DNA from: an uncultured virus (IMG/VR IMGVR_UViG_2061766007_000307)
Taxonomy: Duplodnaviria; Heunggongvirae; Uroviricota; Caudoviricetes
DNA: 64,000 bases
Reading direction: 5' to 3' (one strand)
IMG/VR virus record: IMGVR_UViG_2061766007_000307
The translations under genes and the position numbers were made by a program. The notes under the pieces are model-generated. The model was not told where the DNA came from. It worked only from the letters and a program-made list of their open reading frames with translations, and made no database searches. Within the stretch, counting starts at the first letter, position 1. Every line of letters begins with the position of its first letter. Shown here in pieces: positions 60,730-64,000 of this stretch.

Positions 60730-61395
60730 ATGGAATATGACAAAATCAAAAAATTAGAGTATCTGGAAATCCCTGAAGGTACTGTTACAATAAAAGAAAG
60801 AGCGTTCTATAGAGCAGAGTGCTTGAAGTCTGTGAGTATCCCTAGCAGCGTCAGAAGTATAGGCGATGAAGCATTCAGCGGATGTACTTTGTTGAGATCT
60901 GTGAACATTTCAGAAGGCTTGGAAAGCATAGGACGCCAGGCTTTCTGCGAATGTATATATCTGAAGGATGTGAAAATCCCTTCTAGTGTAAGAGAAATAG
61001 ATGTATGTGCATTCAGTACATGCAGCCGTCTGGCGCATATAGATATCCCTGAAGGTGTAGAAGTTATCAGTTCAGGTGCTTTTTGGCAGTGCACTGGATT
61101 GAAGAGCATAAACTTACCTTCAAGCCTCAAGAGTATCGATGAATATGCATTTGGAAAATGTGGGCTTGTTGATATTGAGATTCCTGAAGGTGTGGTTCAT
61201 ATAGGGAAGAGCGCGTTTAGCGGATGTACTCATCTGAAACATGTAAAGATTCCTAAGAGCGTAAAATCCATAGATGACAATGCTTTCGGATCGTGCTATG
61301 CATTAGAGTCTGTAGAGATGTACGAAACTGGTATGAAAATAAGCCCTGAAGTTTTTTTGTACTGCGACCGCATAACATTCACAAAACTAAAGTAA
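60730..61395 (+). CDS. BspA-type leucine-rich repeat protein
   Basis: About eight 23-aa IPxxVxxIxxxAFxxCxxL repeats. Confidence 0.93.
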   Translation: MEYDKIKKLEYLEIPEGTVTIKERAFYRAECLKSVSIPSSVRSIGDEAFSGCTLLRSVNISEGLESIGRQAFCECIYLKDVKIPSSVREIDVCAFSTCSRLAHIDIPEGVEVISSGAFWQCTGLKSINLPSSLKSIDEYAFGKCGLVDIEIPEGVVHIGKSAFSGCTHLKHVKIPKSVKSIDDNAFGSCYALESVEMYETGMKISPEVFLYCDRITFTKLK

Positions 61396-61486
61396 TACGT
61401 CAGGATAATGAGTGATTATATGTACAAAAACCAATATATAATAAAAATGCAGCGACCTTCACAGGCAGCTGCACAAAACAGAATTA

Positions 61487-64000
61487 ATGAAATTTTGTAA
61501 TTTTAATTTCTCATTAAACATCACTCGTGTATGTTATTTACACGACGATATAAACTCTGCCCGTCTGATACACAATATCGAGAGCAGAGATATTGATGTA
61601 TACCCTGATGACGACATCATATTGATAAAGCCTAACAGGCCTAATATTGATTTCATAAAGAGCATCACAGCGTATGGAGCAGGCACTACTACAGTAGGCT
61701 TGAACAAGAATGACGCCCAGCGCCTGAACAGCATCGCAAGATTCAAACATAAGACCAAGCGTACCAAGCCATTCACCAAATATGCTTCTTTAGATGACAT
61801 GAAAGAACGTGCTCTCTCTATATTCAGAGAGGCAGGCTTTAAGAGCGATGAGTCTGCAGAAGAATTCTTTCCTGTCATGGAAACCATCGATACGTGGCTG
61901 AACCGATGCGACCAGTCACTGCAGCACATGATGGCCAAGTATGCTGTGAGCTATGAGAAAGCCAGTTCGAAAGGAAACTGCGGTATCACAAGAAACTGCA
62001 GGAACATATATACAATAGACTGTGATGAAAGCATAGATTACCCTACGCTGGTATCTATTATGACATTCCAGGAAGACATACCTCATTGGCATCTTTCTGA
62101 TCAGGTGTTCGAAGGAATTAGTAATATAGGGAAGCTTGTCAGAAGGATATTTGATCTTACAGGATCCCTTCCTCATATTGTGTATAACTCTGAGTCATCG
62201 CACTTCCAGCTGCAGTATCTGATGGACAAGCCTATATATGTCACTGAAGATGTATCAGTAGCACTATATAAGAACACATCAGCTGCCAGCAGGGATACTG
62301 CGTATATGAATGAACATAAGAAAGACTGGAGATCTGTATTTGACAGAAGCTTCAATTCTATATATACAGATAGCCCATATAAAGTAAGGGATCTATATAC
62401 CATTATAGATGAAGAGTATAAGACAAAGAAGAAGATCATTATAGCATTATTATCTGCTGATGGTGATCTGAAATATGTAGACCAGATAGATTCAAGTATC
62501 AAGAAAGGAGGCCTCAAGCACCGTCTGCTAGACAAGATAGCTTCTGGAAAATTTGTCCGTGCTGTCGATCTCGGAATAAAGATGTTCGAGCTTGCGAAGA
62601 ATTCTAAGCTGCTAGTCTATACTCCTGAATACTACCTATATGGCAATGCACATAGGAACCTTGAATATATAAATACAGGAGACTATAAGTTCGTTGACGC
62701 TAATTACAATTATTGTGCCAACAAGTCTTTATGTATAGGTACTGATTATTCTGAAGTGTTCGATACTGACAGACATGATACTGTATTGAGTCGGTATCAG
62801 ATAGTATATGATAAAGAAAGAAAGTCTTTCAGCATCCAGCCTTTCAATCTTTTGAAGCAGTCTGCATGGCAGTATGCCGAAGAATATGCTATAAATACTA
62901 AATTTGTATCCTTTATAGGTAGCCTTGAAAGTGCTTCGCAGCTTTTCGAAGACGACATTACAGATAAATTCAAATCGTTTGTCTCTACACATACATTCGT
63001 GATGGATAAGAATGTAAGTATAGCAGAATGCAATAAAGCTTTCCAAGACAAGAACAAATATCCTTCAAAAGCACATGTATCACAAGATACAGATGACGAC
63101 GATATGTATGACAAGAATATGGAAGACATATCTAACAAATGTTCTCAATGTATCAGCCAATGTGATATAGCATGCAACAATACTCCAGATAATATAGACG
63201 CTATAAGCATCAAATATACTGGAATGCCTTATAAGGATATATTTATACATCATGTCAGAAAAATTGAAGAAGATGCTCTGAACTGCAGATCTGTTTCAAG
63301 ACATACATTCGACCATACATCAGGATTGTCTTTATTCTATAAGGCGATATCATATAATACAGAATTCTGTACGATGTGCAAGAAGTATAACAAGACACTT
63401 GCTACGTCAGAAAGCACAGAAAATTCTATATACGAAATGAACGCGCTGATATCGTATCTTTTCAATGATATTGTCAATAACGTCTATGGTAATGTTCTTC
63501 CAGGCACGACTCATACAGACAAATACGAACATAAATTCGATATCCGCAGACAGATTGTACGAGTAGACCCTAAATGCTTCGACATATATGCTACAAAGCA
63601 TGCTGAAGATACTAGAGGTGTTATCAATGGATCATTCGCCACTTCATTGTGGTCTGGATCTACCAAGCTTGAAATCATCCCTAATATGTTCAGTGTCCTG
63701 CCTGCATATATCTATAGCGAACGTAAATTACAGGAAAGGATAGATGCTGAAGAAGGAGGCCCTTCTAACAAATATTATAAGAGAAGCGATAAGACACTAT
63801 ATAGAAAAGCATGGATCTCACTGCTCGAAGATGCTTTCAACCCTAAAACACCAACAGAGACAGCTCTTATGAAGATATCTACTTTATATAAGAATGTATC
63901 TTATGTAAAGAAAGGAAAAACATGCAATGGTGTCAAACATATCACTCGAAGAGAGCTTGAAGAGTCTGGCGTGTCATATTACATGAAGAAAGACAAGCAT
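61487..64000 (+). CDS. Large ORF (at least 838 aa, runs off window), possible AEP/Rep-type primase domain
   Basis: Manual translation MKFCNFNFSLNITRVCYLHDD... has no stop to 64000; YTIDCD and PHIVYNSESSHFQLQYLMDKP motifs; GTGATTATA at 61412. Confidence 0.7.
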   Translation, partial: MKFCNFNFSLNITRVCYLHDDINSARLIHNIESRDIDVYPDDDIILIKPNRPNIDFIKSITAYGAGTTTVGLNKNDAQRLNSIARFKHKTKRTKPFTKYASLDDMKERALSIFREAGFKSDESAEEFFPVMETIDTWLNRCDQSLQHMMAKYAVSYEKASSKGNCGITRNCRNIYTIDCDESIDYPTLVSIMTFQEDIPHWHLSDQVFEGISNIGKLVRRIFDLTGSLPHIVYNSESSHFQLQYLMDKPIYVTEDVSVALYKNTSAASRDTAYMNEHKKDWRSVFDRSFNSIYTDSPYKVRDLYTIIDEEYKTKKKIIIALLSADGDLKYVDQIDSSIKKGGLKHRLLDKIASGKFVRAVDLGIKMFELAKNSKLLVYTPEYYLYGNAHRNLEYINTGDYKFVDANYNYCANKSLCIGTDYSEVFDTDRHDTVLSRYQIVYDKERKSFSIQPFNLLKQSAWQYAEEYAINTKFVSFIGSLESASQLFEDDITDKFKSFVSTHTFVMDKNVSIAECNKAFQDKNKYPSKAHVSQDTDDDDMYDKNMEDISNKCSQCISQCDIACNNTPDNIDAISIKYTGMPYKDIFIHHVRKIEEDALNCRSVSRHTFDHTSGLSLFYKAISYNTEFCTMCKKYNKTLATSESTENSIYEMNALISYLFNDIVNNVYGNVLPGTTHTDKYEHKFDIRRQIVRVDPKCFDIYATKHAEDTRGVINGSFATSLWSGSTKLEIIPNMFSVLPAYIYSERKLQERIDAEEGGPSNKYYKRSDKTLYRKAWISLLEDAFNPKTPTETALMKISTLYKNVSYVKKGKTCNGVKHITRRELEESGVSYYMKKDKH

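Noticed and set aside
61534..63601. Several short minus-strand ORFs
   Set aside because: Shadows of the continuous plus-strand ORF 61487-64000
1..64000. Genome-wide stop-codon reassignment
   Set aside because: Structural and replication genes are full length in code 11 with high coding density

Overview
The window is a fragment of a large T4-like (myovirus) phage genome, probably infecting Bacteroidales. Host evidence: TAnnTTTR-type promoters, DUF4494-like, HAD and BspA-LRR genes, and AT-rich leaders. It contains a minus-strand tRNA cluster (1-4745), queC, a NADAR gene, a TGT-fold/kinase fusion, lysozyme, a gp46/Rad50 ATPase, a MoxR-VWA pair, tail sheath, a gp32-like SSB, gp25, a run of large virion genes, terminase, and an unlisted ORF of at least 838 codons at the right edge. 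Four tnpB genes of two subfamilies occur with no tnpA in the window. The most striking non-coding signals are four. (i) A 2.1-kb RNA island (36875-38969) holds stand-alone omegaRNA-like cassettes for both TnpB subfamilies, mixed with promoter-to-hairpin sRNA units. (ii) A circularly permuted, anticodon-less tRNA-like RNA follows a conserved unknown gene (2940-3230). (iii) An atypical tRNA has a possible CUA anticodon. (iv) Two homologous iteron/palindrome loci may be replication origins. All calls come from reading the sequence by eye; no searches were run. Four N-gaps all fall at TnpB/omegaRNA repeats.
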